From: a virus
Lineage: Duplodnaviria > Caudoviricetes
DNA: 64,000 bases
Reading direction: 5' to 3' (one strand)
IMG/VR virus record: IMGVR_UViG_3300046787_000604
Location: 1,752 to 65,751 of that record
Position 1 is the first letter of the stretch. Each line of letters begins with the position of its first letter. The position numbers and the translations under genes are program-made. Below are positions 21,401-30,509 of the stretch, one piece after another. The notes beneath the pieces are model-generated. The model did no database searches. It was given only the letters and a program-made list of their open reading frames with translations, and was not told the DNA's origin.

Positions 21401-23102
21401 CAGTAGGCTTAAATCCTAATCCTGTCGCTTTATCTTCAATTTTTCTTAATAACTCCGCAGATATTGATGTTTCATAATCAGACAATTTTTTATTCGCTTG
21501 GGTTTCCAATGAAGACATTTCTTTATCATATCTACCATTACCCTCAAAAATAAAGAAATTTGGTTTTACCGTAACTCGGCTTGTTCTACCATTTAATTCA
21601 ACCTCATTAAATAGTGGTTTTTTAATTTGATAAATTAACGCTTTAATTTGTTCAATGTCATCAGCAGTCGGAGCAACTTTACCCGTTTGTAATCTAATTG
21701 TTTCTTCCCAATCAATATTCCCATCATTTGGAACATCAATCTCAATCATATTATATTTAATTGGGTTTGGTATTGGTGAAGGTCCTCCAACCCCTAAAGT
21801 ACCGTTTTCAGCCAATGCTTTATTGAATTTTGTAATATAATCTTTTAATTGAGTAATTGCGGTTTCTTTCGCCCCTTGGTCTAAATTAGCCTTAAAAATA
21901 TAAACCTTGTCTTTACCCCCCTTTAGCATAATAGGTTTTGGGTCCAAGTACTTTACAAACCATGAAGAATTTCCTGACCTAACATTTTCAAAATATTGTT
22001 TTAATACTTCTTTATAATTTCTCACATTTGTTAGTGGCTCTACTTTCGCAGGAGGAAACGATGCCATTACGGTATTTTCAAATGTTTGTAATTTGTTCAT
22101 TAACTGATACAAACTAAGTTCCGGTAAATCCACAGGGATTAAACCTTTTGATTTGTATTCACTATAAACTTCAACAATTTTTTGATAACCCTTTTCTGAC
22201 ATAATTTGAGTCACAACAGCATCTTGACTTTGAGCGTTATTTTTAGATGCAACACCCTCAACTTTAGATTGGCTTTCAGCACCTTTATTAGATTCCTGAA
22301 CACCACCCGGAGTTGTTGTTATATCAAAAGTTTGACCATACATATGGGGAACAGCCAATAAGTGCCCCATCGACACTTCATTAAGTACATTAAACTTGAA
22401 ACCCTTGAAAGTTAAACTTATCACATAATTCCCACTGTAAGTATTAAACGCCGCGTGAAATTTCTCCAAATTTAATTGGTATCTAATCGCTTGTCCATAA
22501 TACCCTTTAAGTGTTAAATAAAATGGTGGGTATGGTAAATTAAAAAATGCTGCATAAGGAGAATTTTCGCCTAATTGGAATAACGCCTTACCTTGTACAT
22601 CCTCTAATTTTATTTCAACTGATGGTATAAACGAACTATTTGTAGTAACATTAATACTTGTAATGCCTAACAATCCATTGTCAAAAACTCCCGCTAGATT
22701 ATCCGGAGTATCAAAAGTGTATGCTTGAGTACCATTACCACCTGATGTGGTTTTTTGTTGCATTTGATTGCTTCCATTAAACTTGGTTGAATCATTACCT
22801 GTTAATTCATCATAATACCCAACACCTAAAAACGTATCTTTAGTCGGCTTTAAGAAATTCATCTTAGCAACTGAAATTGTTTTAATCCTATCTTCAGGAC
22901 TTCCTCCAACCGCAAGTTTAGTTCTTGGTAAAACATCTGCCTCTAAATTAGCATACATCACCAAACTCTCATGGTCAATTAATCTTTCTTGGATTTTACC
23001 CGCAGAGTCAATGGTCTTATTTGGGTCAACTACAATAATGTTATTGTAATCAAATTCTACAAGAATGTCTCCGTTGTTGTCTGCCGTTAAGTTACCTGCC
23101 AT
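15423..23102 (-). CDS. Giant baseplate hub-like protein (gp27/late-control-D-type motifs) with C-terminal IPT/TIG Ig domain
   Basis: 2559 aa. N-terminal LGITSINV...VEIKLEDVQG; hub motif GNALLQPTMYFNL...FNGPYLIQQVDHAITPGQFQTTITGIR; IPT motif PVISSFSPLSGNTGTIVQVNGYNL. Lies after the gp53-like gene. Confidence 0.7.
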   Translation of the reverse strand: MAGNLTADNNGDILVEFDYNNIIVVDPNKTIDSAGKIQERLIDHESLVMYANLEADVLPRTKLAVGGSPEDRIKTISVAKMNFLKPTKDTFLGVGYYDELTGNDSTKFNGSNQMQQKTTSGGNGTQAYTFDTPDNLAGVFDNGLLGITSINVTTNSSFIPSVEIKLEDVQGKALFQLGENSPYAAFFNLPYPPFYLTLKGYYGQAIRYQLNLEKFHAAFNTYSGNYVISLTFKGFKFNVLNEVSMGHLLAVPHMYGQTFDITTTPGGVQESNKGAESQSKVEGVASKNNAQSQDAVVTQIMSEKGYQKIVEVYSEYKSKGLIPVDLPELSLYQLMNKLQTFENTVMASFPPAKVEPLTNVRNYKEVLKQYFENVRSGNSSWFVKYLDPKPIMLKGGKDKVYIFKANLDQGAKETAITQLKDYITKFNKALAENGTLGVGGPSPIPNPIKYNMIEIDVPNDGNIDWEETIRLQTGKVAPTADDIEQIKALIYQIKKPLFNEVELNGRTSRVTVKPNFFIFEGNGRYDKEMSSLETQANKKLSDYETSISAELLRKIEDKATGLGFKPTVRNMIAVVMASAEAFLRLLDDVHTNAWDVKYDPVRKNAILDNPSSAPSTESRQDVVISNSAQQSNTGLSNSKEPVYPWPQFFVESPDDKKGRFELKYIADPTVVDLTQGWNYAKWPEVEFVEEYMKGLTRKFNQPSSPPPLDSDKYTNVININAIEFPSTGAAYTNKEEIKFFYEIWERQFLTSHYSGLNRANQNQIDSLIKLNSETEVNNIVQSINVSSPYLSLKLKNYDITANSYPNFLKTISNSGTGRAYQDYIRDFFVTPYIKNLTENSYSIMNILDIGKIPQVSTKSDALLQLIKNASNEPLVVDTLPFTDSSWSLNNLSSSNKSIGFNVYDTKKTLKVFENRKIIANFNDVYDYTTNRPVTNFSYLDNSNPTNVLKNSTGVFGLGAFYTTRLPSNFTATEGYCEYITPTGELPFRTTTSILNTPYFVNSIQNGVQNTRTSDPYPYVQSAYLFLNSLPLASLRERYKTKNDTFVEELDYIASCFKKFGAIHKIPYAWVLKYGSVWYRYKKYKESNVDILSSAWKNFNYTTNYSPILSSITQTYDVKFDSVPLSITLQNETTTSVNMQIGFYPKVVNDFNVFYNGYELYSGYTSDEIQQSINGGMKIHNFQDSNITGAKQDTKDLTLQTYSVLLQDVDYGSDINCNPTNNTKGVDYFIVPSFGNSVNQINNACLDNFSTIQTTKVNVSSNNAVYNGSVRTLWSAPNYGYFDADQIKYPQPDSYLNFINSGETQSPMYLSNVDKYSKIEEVFSVFEKKILDSFEQEFLNFCKPITDIDSGTNPVGINESTVNGEAVYRNFQSLFKSLMTIPAQKSKETNIEYFNNAIGNQYEVFQNGITSFMNYDILFRYGNPSNYQRRVFDSYLSHNNTPRVTDPIKFLPYVQNTLPSKDSSLTLGQSKLLNPNAWIALETEVGFSTIRNVEYSSNGSYITDFFIDNNIEFSVNNVVLLAPIIKMYATQLLRNPNNTVAQFQNQIVQYLTNESVLQDNFLNLVLSGVRKALPNQQQLPEKTIQSAIDGQQSKVENYEVFKALNDKWIAGGDYKSKTLFEDMLFLDRASRNIGDTILLDIFDLKNMFSTNSLNQAMSVFTFVSGILIKNNFTVMNLPAYVNFYNVQDVDGTTIPNRTEGSLAMANSLWGTFLDVDYRKSSSKMVCFYVGKPSQYLALPKVSSRFRDDSFEMRRASENPLIENQSGKKDWAVSNKCVGFNVDIGTRNQGVFHSFNVSQDNGKATSESINTMVNMVDQSTGKNTSTQNVGLYNLYKQRSYTCQVVSLGNALLQPTMYFNLRHVPMFNGPYLIQQVDHAITPGQFQTTITGIRQGIYDLPAIDTFIQSINQNLLTKVEALLKIKKDTVNVLGATTDATKSNKIPQKSDTTKAATNTCSAKLLPSYASNYGFVATGATQSNITEKTFANELKRLIPNLPILQTIIYSLSYISSFQKYNNNKSGKFDGWDNNLAAITLDMDWGESSIAFLPKYSCVNVTSNPSTTESLPFANFASLESYIIFMRDRLIQRIGQISEIGLLKYYVCYWPKDNKLSTYFDTHLDEYKQLGLTVDASLKSALTVGVATKAIVDDLKNTITESKKNGKSSPNATPTPVGATPLPGQTCPPPVISSFSPLSGNTGTIVQVNGYNLNGLSSVVVNGVTVLPSGVTVFDDSTLRFVTPEIGTGKVVSKGDIVVTTNYGSATSSGKYTFDPSIVASEASSPGGFQNPENQTTNAVPANNANTNPQTTGPITLIETENVKGPNGSTTLLTVKVNPEAGAWKIDPQPDVDFILVNIEPGPNNKYVEDVFSSGKGDRIVGFVSPDQQVFSITESQMINEFTLKDYDEDNVRGYFTISLYARPVDRVANPKDVILSYKFNVYLTDKKAGDPVSAAEIKTPPGTLTKVSETSSGELPNFNGVDYYNIKKPAGGYITYQFTCEKLISKSSPEVYSTPGSAKQNITITNNSGTKYTNVIEVSNLGVFQLQVGYTSESTRGTATSPNFTL

Positions 23103-23415
23103 AATAATAAAAATGATTTTCTAATGCCGCTTTATAGTCTTGTATAGATGGTAGTAGCGGAAATGGAATAATCAACACAGCACCATCATATATGTTATTT
23201 TCTAACCCTCCAAATTCAGGATTAGCTTGGAGTATTAACCAACTGAAATATGGTGAGTTATAATACTCTTGAGATACCATATCCAATCTACTTCTAGCGA
23301 CTTTATATATGTAAGCCTTATCTGTCGTTTTTTGAGGTAATGACACATAAGGTACTACGGTTTGTTCACCGTTAATTAAAAATTCACTATATCTGTTCCA
23401 ATATTGAAATGCCAT
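23092..23415 (-). CDS. LysM-like baseplate wedge protein (T4 gp53 / tail X-like)
   Basis: RLDMVSQEYYNSPYFSWLILQANP...GAVLIIP pattern. Confidence 0.8.
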   Translation of the reverse strand: MAFQYWNRYSEFLINGEQTVVPYVSLPQKTTDKAYIYKVARSRLDMVSQEYYNSPYFSWLILQANPEFGGLENNIYDGAVLIIPFPLLPSIQDYKAALENHFYYYGR

Positions 23416-26400
23416 TAATTAAGTTTTACTTTTGAAATAAGTGCCGTTGAAGATACCCCATCCGGTGAATTCCATTTATTATTATCGTTGTTTGCGTTTG
23501 TTGATGCCCCCAAACCAATTATCATATTTTTTTGAGATTTTTTATTATTCTCACTCACATTACCCTGTGTTGTGAATGTAAATTCTCTTGTTTTTTTATC
23601 AAATGGAGTGTAAATAATAAAATCTTTTAATTTGGTTTTTTCCATATTATCTATGAAAGATTTTGTAATATTATTCTCACTCTCAAATAAAGGTTTTGCA
23701 ACTCCAATCCAATACTCATCAAATCGTTTTTCTACTTCATCCGAACCATTACCGATTAGACCTTTATTGTTAATAATATTACCAATCATCAAAGTCTTAA
23801 ATGTTTGATATTTTTTGTCATCAACAATATCATCAGAAATTATCATATAAACTCGTCTGAAAATATTATCACTAAATTCAGGTTTCATTGTAAATGGAAC
23901 AAAAACATTTTCAGGTGTTGTATAGTTCGACTTACCCTTAGTATCAACTTGCATTAGAAACACACCTTTATACTCTTTACTATCACCCGGATAAACAAAG
24001 GCATTTTCCGAAAATACTACTTCATTAAACCCTTTAATACCTAAATGAATTTTATGTATATCATCCACAAGTTCATTAAGAGTATTTGTCGCCCCACTTG
24101 AGGTTATATTTACGTTACTGGTACCACTTGTATTATATATTGTAACAGGACCTGTCTTAGTTTGATACCCATCAGTACCATTATTATCACTTAATCCAGC
24201 AAAAATAAGTAAATTAGCTCGACCCAATGTTTGAATATAAGTCTGTTCCATGTTAACTACGTCTTGTGTTATTTTAGTAACCGCATTTTGGAATGTACCT
24301 CTTTTATTTTTAACTAAATTACCATAATTATCCTTAACTTGTCTAATTACTTTATTTGAAAACGCAAATACCGGTGAAGACATCCATTTAACAAACCCTT
24401 CATTACCACTAACAATATCCTCTCCAAGTGTTTTGAAAATAGTATTGAATCTATTTTCAACATTGTTTGGTTTACCAAACAATTCAGTCACATTACTAGT
24501 TGTTGCAATATCCCCTTGAGTATATAAACGCTCTAACATCCATTGTTGACGAACCGCATTATTATATTGGTTAGAAGTCTCTTTTGTTTTATTAATTATT
24601 GTTTGGAAATATGTTTGAGTTTCTTGAACTACTTTAACCATAAAATCAGAATAATTAATTGTACCTGAATCACCCTCAGTTGTTGCACTATTTGAAGTAA
24701 CAACCCCAATCGGACTATTATTATTTTGCCCACTATTTGGTACCGCTTGATTAAGTGTTGGTACTGATGGTGGTGGGGCCATTTTCAAAAATTCTTGGTC
24801 TAATGTTTTCGCATAATTCTCTTGAGAGGTAACATCCGCTCTATCATCCCAAATTTCAGTATTCGCATAATAATTAAATGTTAATGAATTTTGTAATTTA
24901 TCAATAGATTGTTTTAATCCGCTACCACCAACAAACTTAAATCCTAATGTTACATTTGCAATCATTGGTTGAATACCTATACCTTCAGGATTAATGTCTA
25001 ACATCTCATAAGTTATGTTCAAACTATCCGGAATGATTTTGGTATTATAGAAATCCCCAACTCGTAACACTAACACCGGTGGTGCACCAAACGCAGTATT
25101 AGTCGCATTATCAAACTGTAACGTCTGTGAACCTCCAACATCTTTAACTGTAGGGATTGTATCACCAGGTCTCATACATTGTTGTAAAAACGTTAAACGA
25201 GAGTTTAACCCTTCGGGTGTTGTTGAATGAAATGCCGGTTGGAAAAACTTCAACTTATCTTTAAGGTTATCAAAAACCATTGGTGTTTCCGCTTTGATTG
25301 TTTCAAAATAATCACATTCCGACAACAACGCTCTTAACACACGTTTAGTTATATTATCTTTTGGTTTGTATTCTTGGGTGACAACATCTTCTTTAACCGT
25401 TTTAATTACTTTATTTCCTTCAAGAATTGTTTGTGTCTCAGGGACGGTATTATCAACAGGAGCATTTAGATTTGAGTTAATTTTTGAAATATATGCTCTT
25501 CTACACGCCATCGCTTGATACGTAAAAATATCTTTAGAACCCGATTGAGTATCCCCGCCATCAACATTTTGGTCTTTATCAGTACAGGTAACTGATTTAC
25601 CCGGAGTTAAGGTATACGGAGTACTTGTTGTTGTTGCAACTAATGGAGATGATGTTGCAACCTCACCTAAAGCACCCGCACCGGTTGTTGTATCTTCAAC
25701 TACGGTTAATCGTTTATCACTAACATATTTTGCAGTGTTTGGATTTTCCGCAAAAAACCGAATTGTTGACGCGATTCTTCGTTTAGATAATTCAAGATTG
25801 TACCCTACCGTTGCCGGAGCGGAACAACTAGAACTAATATTAATGGTAATCGTACCAGTATTTTGCCCTAATTGTTTTGCCAAGTCAGCAGCCAACTCAT
25901 TCATCACATTATAGTTTGGTGTAACTACTGTATCAAAAAAATTACTTGTAGCCCCTGAGTTTGGTTTTGACTTATAATAGTTCTTATTTGATTCACTTGT
26001 ATAACGATTATACTCGGTAGTATAATTTATTGTTGTATTTGGTTTTGGATAATCATTCCCAAAGTAAAAACCTGTTTGAACATATTTCTCAAAATAATCT
26101 GTCGGAGTCGCCTGAGCAACTTGAGGTACTGTTTGAACCGTTTTTTTAATAAACTCAATTTGTTCTTTACTAACATCTTTAGATGTAATGGCCTCTTGTA
26201 ATTGATATAAATCGTTTGGATTAACCGTATAATATTTTTTAGCTAATTCATATAAATCATATTTTCTACATCCGGCAAAGAATGATTCTAAAATACTATC
26301 AACTCTAGCTTTATTTGTTTCATTATTAAGAACTTTATTAACAACCACATTCAATGATGATGGATGGTCAACAACCACTTTCCAACTCAATGAACCAGTA

Positions 26401-28439
26401 CGAGAAGTATTTTTATAAGTGTAAATTGGTTCCGGTCTACCTAAGAATGCAGTCTCATTCCATCCCGCACTAACAGTTTCACTAAAGGTTAAACCGTAAG
26501 GTGCGAACCACATAACCCTACCACCATTAGGACCTCTCTCACAAACAGCCAAGTCTGAAACAGAATACCCCGGAGTATTTGATGTTCTCCACGCCAAATT
26601 TTCTAATGAAAACATATATTTCTTAGCGTGTCCATTATTCATCCCACCAATTAAGTTTGTTGAATCTTGTCCACCTTCCATTTTATTAGGTGCAATGTTA
26701 AGATTGTAAGTATTATCAAACACAGAATCAGAAAATCTTCTTCCACTTGTTGTAATACCATCCATCTTTTGAAGGTCATTATATTGTAGATATGGTAAAT
26801 CTTTAGCAAAAACCCTACAATATTCAGTCCCAACCTCTTGCCCGATAGCACCTGTGTATTTATAAACCCTTGAACCTTTGGTTAATTCTTTATACCCATC
26901 ATGGAATATTTTACTAACTTGGTCAATAGCGTTACCAACGTGTTGTAATCTTCTACCACCTTGTGGTTGACTATCAATGATTCTTTGTGTTTGGTCTAAT
27001 ATAGACCCACCCTTAAAGGTTCTTTCTGTTGATTCAGTTGAGTTATAAGATGAAGGTCTAAAATCCTCATCTTGATTTGTAATCTCACCACCAATACCAA
27101 CTTTTTTACCAGCATTACCTTTATACTTTGGCGAAACCCATGTGAATCCACCTTCAATACCACCACCATTACTATATGTTGGACCGTTAGCACCTAATCT
27201 AATATCCTTACTTGGACCCTCATACAATTGAGCAAGTTCTTGAGGACCATAAACCGGAGATTGTAATTCTCTTGCAAATTGGTCAACAGGTAAATCACCA
27301 CCTGGTGAGAAGATTCTTGAAGGATTTGAAGTTAAATTACCAACATAGTAGTTACTATTATCGGATACCGTACCCGTTAATACACCGGCAACTCTATCAA
27401 ATACACCTCTCTCTAAATTTGGCTTGTACTTGTTATAATCAATGTTTTTGAATAAACGAGATTTTTGACCAGCCCCTGTATTGTTATAAAATATTTGAGA
27501 CCCTGTCTGAGTACCCCCTAATAATTGATTAAAGAATTTACCAACACCCGTTTGTTTGAAAGCGTTAGTAATTTGTTGAATCGTTGTTGGCATTCCCGGA
27601 TTAATACTGGTGTCAAAATATGACCCGGGTATCAAAGAAACCGGTAATACACTACCCCCTAATCTAAGTGCAAAATCCGCAGCAGCCGTTATTGGATTGG
27701 CAGGAATTGTTATTTGCCAATTTGGTTCTAAAATTGGAACTTGTCCTGATAATATATTAACTAAATCAGTACCACTAGTTACGTTTAGAATATTTGCCCT
27801 CCCAAGAGTTTCTTTCCTAATTTGAGTGGCTATTCTTTCTTGGAAATCACTTCTAAGTTGTTGTGCACCTAATCTAACAATAAATGAGTCATCACTTAAA
27901 CTACCTCTACTACCTGTAGGATTTGCCGAAAGTAAAATAGATAATGGATTATATGTTGAAGCAACCATTCCCGCAGGATATGGTTGTCCATTACCTTCTC
28001 TGTCTTGGTCAGGTCTAACTGTTTCTAAACTTGAAAAAGATTCTGCGGAGTCAAAAACATTTAACCCGTCAGCATAAGCATTTAATGGTCTCCATAACCT
28101 TACAGCATCATATCCCTCGTCAATAATATGAGCGTTTTGTTGTCCCGGCCCATATTCACCTTGATTTGAAATAGAATTTGTTAAACTTCCTGGGTCCGGA
28201 ACTTGTTCGTAACCACCATCATGCCCATATCTGTTTAACGGATATAACTTATTTGCAAATGATGATTCATCAATTAGTTGGTCCGGAGTATCCACTACCG
28301 AAGCATCTGATTGTATGTATTCATAATTGGTTTGGACAGAAGGTCTACTTGGAGATTTAGCATAAGGTACTAAATTCCTTGTAATAAGTTTTTTTCTGAA
28401 ACCATCCGAGCTTATGAAATCTAATGGACTATTTGACAT
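23415..28439 (-). CDS. Large baseplate / tail-tube initiator-like protein with inserted OmpA-like domain
   Basis: 1674 aa. Tube-initiator-like FSETVSAGWNETAFLGRPEPIYTYKNTSRTGSLSW and PPVLVLRVGDFYNTKIIPDSLNITY flank FYFGND...SSSCSAPATVGYNLELSKRRIAS...CRRAYI. Follows the tape measure gene. Confidence 0.7.
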   Translation of the reverse strand: MSNSPLDFISSDGFRKKLITRNLVPYAKSPSRPSVQTNYEYIQSDASVVDTPDQLIDESSFANKLYPLNRYGHDGGYEQVPDPGSLTNSISNQGEYGPGQQNAHIIDEGYDAVRLWRPLNAYADGLNVFDSAESFSSLETVRPDQDREGNGQPYPAGMVASTYNPLSILLSANPTGSRGSLSDDSFIVRLGAQQLRSDFQERIATQIRKETLGRANILNVTSGTDLVNILSGQVPILEPNWQITIPANPITAAADFALRLGGSVLPVSLIPGSYFDTSINPGMPTTIQQITNAFKQTGVGKFFNQLLGGTQTGSQIFYNNTGAGQKSRLFKNIDYNKYKPNLERGVFDRVAGVLTGTVSDNSNYYVGNLTSNPSRIFSPGGDLPVDQFARELQSPVYGPQELAQLYEGPSKDIRLGANGPTYSNGGGIEGGFTWVSPKYKGNAGKKVGIGGEITNQDEDFRPSSYNSTESTERTFKGGSILDQTQRIIDSQPQGGRRLQHVGNAIDQVSKIFHDGYKELTKGSRVYKYTGAIGQEVGTEYCRVFAKDLPYLQYNDLQKMDGITTSGRRFSDSVFDNTYNLNIAPNKMEGGQDSTNLIGGMNNGHAKKYMFSLENLAWRTSNTPGYSVSDLAVCERGPNGGRVMWFAPYGLTFSETVSAGWNETAFLGRPEPIYTYKNTSRTGSLSWKVVVDHPSSLNVVVNKVLNNETNKARVDSILESFFAGCRKYDLYELAKKYYTVNPNDLYQLQEAITSKDVSKEQIEFIKKTVQTVPQVAQATPTDYFEKYVQTGFYFGNDYPKPNTTINYTTEYNRYTSESNKNYYKSKPNSGATSNFFDTVVTPNYNVMNELAADLAKQLGQNTGTITINISSSCSAPATVGYNLELSKRRIASTIRFFAENPNTAKYVSDKRLTVVEDTTTGAGALGEVATSSPLVATTTSTPYTLTPGKSVTCTDKDQNVDGGDTQSGSKDIFTYQAMACRRAYISKINSNLNAPVDNTVPETQTILEGNKVIKTVKEDVVTQEYKPKDNITKRVLRALLSECDYFETIKAETPMVFDNLKDKLKFFQPAFHSTTPEGLNSRLTFLQQCMRPGDTIPTVKDVGGSQTLQFDNATNTAFGAPPVLVLRVGDFYNTKIIPDSLNITYEMLDINPEGIGIQPMIANVTLGFKFVGGSGLKQSIDKLQNSLTFNYYANTEIWDDRADVTSQENYAKTLDQEFLKMAPPPSVPTLNQAVPNSGQNNNSPIGVVTSNSATTEGDSGTINYSDFMVKVVQETQTYFQTIINKTKETSNQYNNAVRQQWMLERLYTQGDIATTSNVTELFGKPNNVENRFNTIFKTLGEDIVSGNEGFVKWMSSPVFAFSNKVIRQVKDNYGNLVKNKRGTFQNAVTKITQDVVNMEQTYIQTLGRANLLIFAGLSDNNGTDGYQTKTGPVTIYNTSGTSNVNITSSGATNTLNELVDDIHKIHLGIKGFNEVVFSENAFVYPGDSKEYKGVFLMQVDTKGKSNYTTPENVFVPFTMKPEFSDNIFRRVYMIISDDIVDDKKYQTFKTLMIGNIINNKGLIGNGSDEVEKRFDEYWIGVAKPLFESENNITKSFIDNMEKTKLKDFIIYTPFDKKTREFTFTTQGNVSENNKKSQKNMIIGLGASTNANNDNNKWNSPDGVSSTALISKVKLN

Positions 28440-28479
28440 CTATGACTTTTATTTATAAATAGATTAAGGATAATTTTTA

Positions 28480-30309
28480 TTAAGAGTAAACTCCGGTTAT
28501 TGGTTGTTTTGTTGGATTTTCCGGTGTAACCATCTTAACAATATTATCTTTGAATTGAGGACTATTGAATATATCCGCAATAAATTTGGTTTGGTCTTGA
28601 GTCGGTACACCAATTGGTGTTGTCAAATCAACTTTTATTGTACCTGAAACATCCATAGTATTTTTAGTATTCATACTAGTTGGTGCTGTTTGTGTTGATT
28701 GTTGGAGTAATTCAGTATTTGTTCTGTTTGATGATATTGGTTCTCTATTCACTTTATTACTTTCAATAGCATTAACAGCAGCCCCTGAAACATTTTTCAA
28801 CCCTCTTTCTAACATACTTTTATCTGTAAAAGTATTAGACATATCTCTTAACGCACCAGTACCTTCTCTTCCCAATGTTGTTTTGAACTCTTGTAAAATA
28901 CCACCTAATTTACTCGCGACACTTGAAATTGATTCTCCGAGTGTTTTATTCCCCTCACTATAATCTTTAATCGCATCACCTATAGTATCTAAAGTTTTTT
29001 CAGTAGGCTCCCTAAACATTTTACTTGAAACTCTTTTAGCAATTGCCTCTGTCGGAACTGATGCTGCTCTTGCAATTGATACGGTACCCCCTCTAACTTG
29101 TTTAGAGCCTGCAATTCCGGTTAAAACGGCATTTTTAATTGCCGTAACATCATTAGATATTTTAGTTTGAACATCCATTTGGGAACGAGCAATTTCTTCA
29201 ACACCTTTTGGTTGATTTTTTTGTTCTTCAATAAGATTTCTCATCTCTTCTTGAGTAACTTCACTTAAGTCTTTATAAACTTTTTCACCTTTAGCATCAG
29301 TAACTTGAACTTGATATTTTCCATCTTTCATTGACGCAATGTTTGATAGATATTGCTTATCATCTTCATTATCAAATTTAATTGACGGATTGATTGATGA
29401 AAGTCTCTTATCCATTTCCGCAGCAGCCAATCCCATTTTACTTAAAGTTCCACTAGCGATTCCCGCTTGTTGTTCCATCTCTCTAAGAGTTAAAACCCCT
29501 TGAGGATTAATTTTGAATGTTTTCGTCTCCTCATCAAAATAAGTGAATTGTTTGGAAACTTCCGCTAAACTTTTTTGAAGACCTGATGGGTCATTAATAG
29601 ATTGATTCATTAATTGGAATGGGTCCGCTAAATTTCCAACTGAAACACCCAATCTTTGGAAAGCAGATGCAACATCAATTGCTTTTTCAGGTGAATATAA
29701 TTCATCCGCAAAATTTAGAGTAGCACTCATGTCAACCCTTAACATAGACGCCTGAGCAGCCATTTTAGTTAAACCTTGAACCCCACCTTGAAATTGATAT
29801 CGGTTCATTTGGTCCATGTTGTCCTGAACACTTTTCATTACAGTTTTGGCATTTCCACCAATACTTCTAATATAATTGTACGAATCTTCAAATTGTTTTG
29901 GGATTTGTTCTAACCCAATCCCAACATTAAGAAAACTATTACTAATAGATTCAACTGTAGTATCTAAAAGTTCCGCACTCGCGAATACTTTACTTAAAGT
30001 TTCACTATCTGCGGTAACATTACGTCTTGACGCCTCAGCAATTCCTGACATTGCCTTCTGAACATCAGCCATTGACCCACCCAAACGATTAAATCTAGGT
30101 GTTGCGTCAGTTAATGTTCCCATTAACTCAGTTAATCGTTGTTGACTCTGACCAAAAGTTTTATTAATCTCAACCGAATATTTGTACATATCCGTAATAG
30201 TCTTACCTAAACCCGCAGCGCTTAGCTCAATTTTTTCATTTGCTTTTTCCGTCGCTTCAGCGGCATCTTTCAATTTTTTAGCTTCGTCATCAGTATTTCC
30301 TGTTGCCAT
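28480..30309 (-). CDS. Tail tape measure protein
   Basis: 609-aa helical Ala/Ser/Met/Gln-rich protein directly after the tail chaperone and tube genes. Confidence 0.7.
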   Translation of the reverse strand: MATGNTDDEAKKLKDAAEATEKANEKIELSAAGLGKTITDMYKYSVEINKTFGQSQQRLTELMGTLTDATPRFNRLGGSMADVQKAMSGIAEASRRNVTADSETLSKVFASAELLDTTVESISNSFLNVGIGLEQIPKQFEDSYNYIRSIGGNAKTVMKSVQDNMDQMNRYQFQGGVQGLTKMAAQASMLRVDMSATLNFADELYSPEKAIDVASAFQRLGVSVGNLADPFQLMNQSINDPSGLQKSLAEVSKQFTYFDEETKTFKINPQGVLTLREMEQQAGIASGTLSKMGLAAAEMDKRLSSINPSIKFDNEDDKQYLSNIASMKDGKYQVQVTDAKGEKVYKDLSEVTQEEMRNLIEEQKNQPKGVEEIARSQMDVQTKISNDVTAIKNAVLTGIAGSKQVRGGTVSIARAASVPTEAIAKRVSSKMFREPTEKTLDTIGDAIKDYSEGNKTLGESISSVASKLGGILQEFKTTLGREGTGALRDMSNTFTDKSMLERGLKNVSGAAVNAIESNKVNREPISSNRTNTELLQQSTQTAPTSMNTKNTMDVSGTIKVDLTTPIGVPTQDQTKFIADIFNSPQFKDNIVKMVTPENPTKQPITGVYS

Positions 30310-30337
30310 AATTCAAAAAGGTATTTACATATAAATA

Positions 30338-30364
30338 CAAAAGGACTGAGTTTTCAGTCCTTTG
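30338..30364 (-). terminator. Hairpin terminator overlapping the stop of the frameshift extension
   Basis: AAAGGACTGA-GTTT-TCAGTCCTTT inverted repeat with T-runs on both sides. Confidence 0.7.
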
Positions 30365-30509
30365 TGTTGTCTTCAATCCATTTATCTAACAAATATTTTC
30401 TAACAAAGAGAGGCATCTCTTGGAAATCTTTATATGTTATGTTCATTAATTTGTTCAAATAATAAAATTCGTCAAGTTGTCCTTTTCTATAATCAGAAGA
30501 AAGGACGAA
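30354..30509 (-). CDS. Putative +1 frameshift extension of the tail assembly chaperone (G/GT-type second segment)
   Basis: +1 frame is open from the TTT_TTT_CGT site: FVLSSDYRKGQLDEFYYLNKLMNITYKDFQEMPLFVRKYLLDKWIEDNTKD*. It fills the gap before the tape measure gene. Confidence 0.7.
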   Translation of the reverse strand, partial: FVLSSDYRKGQLDEFYYLNKLMNITYKDFQEMPLFVRKYLLDKWIEDNTKD

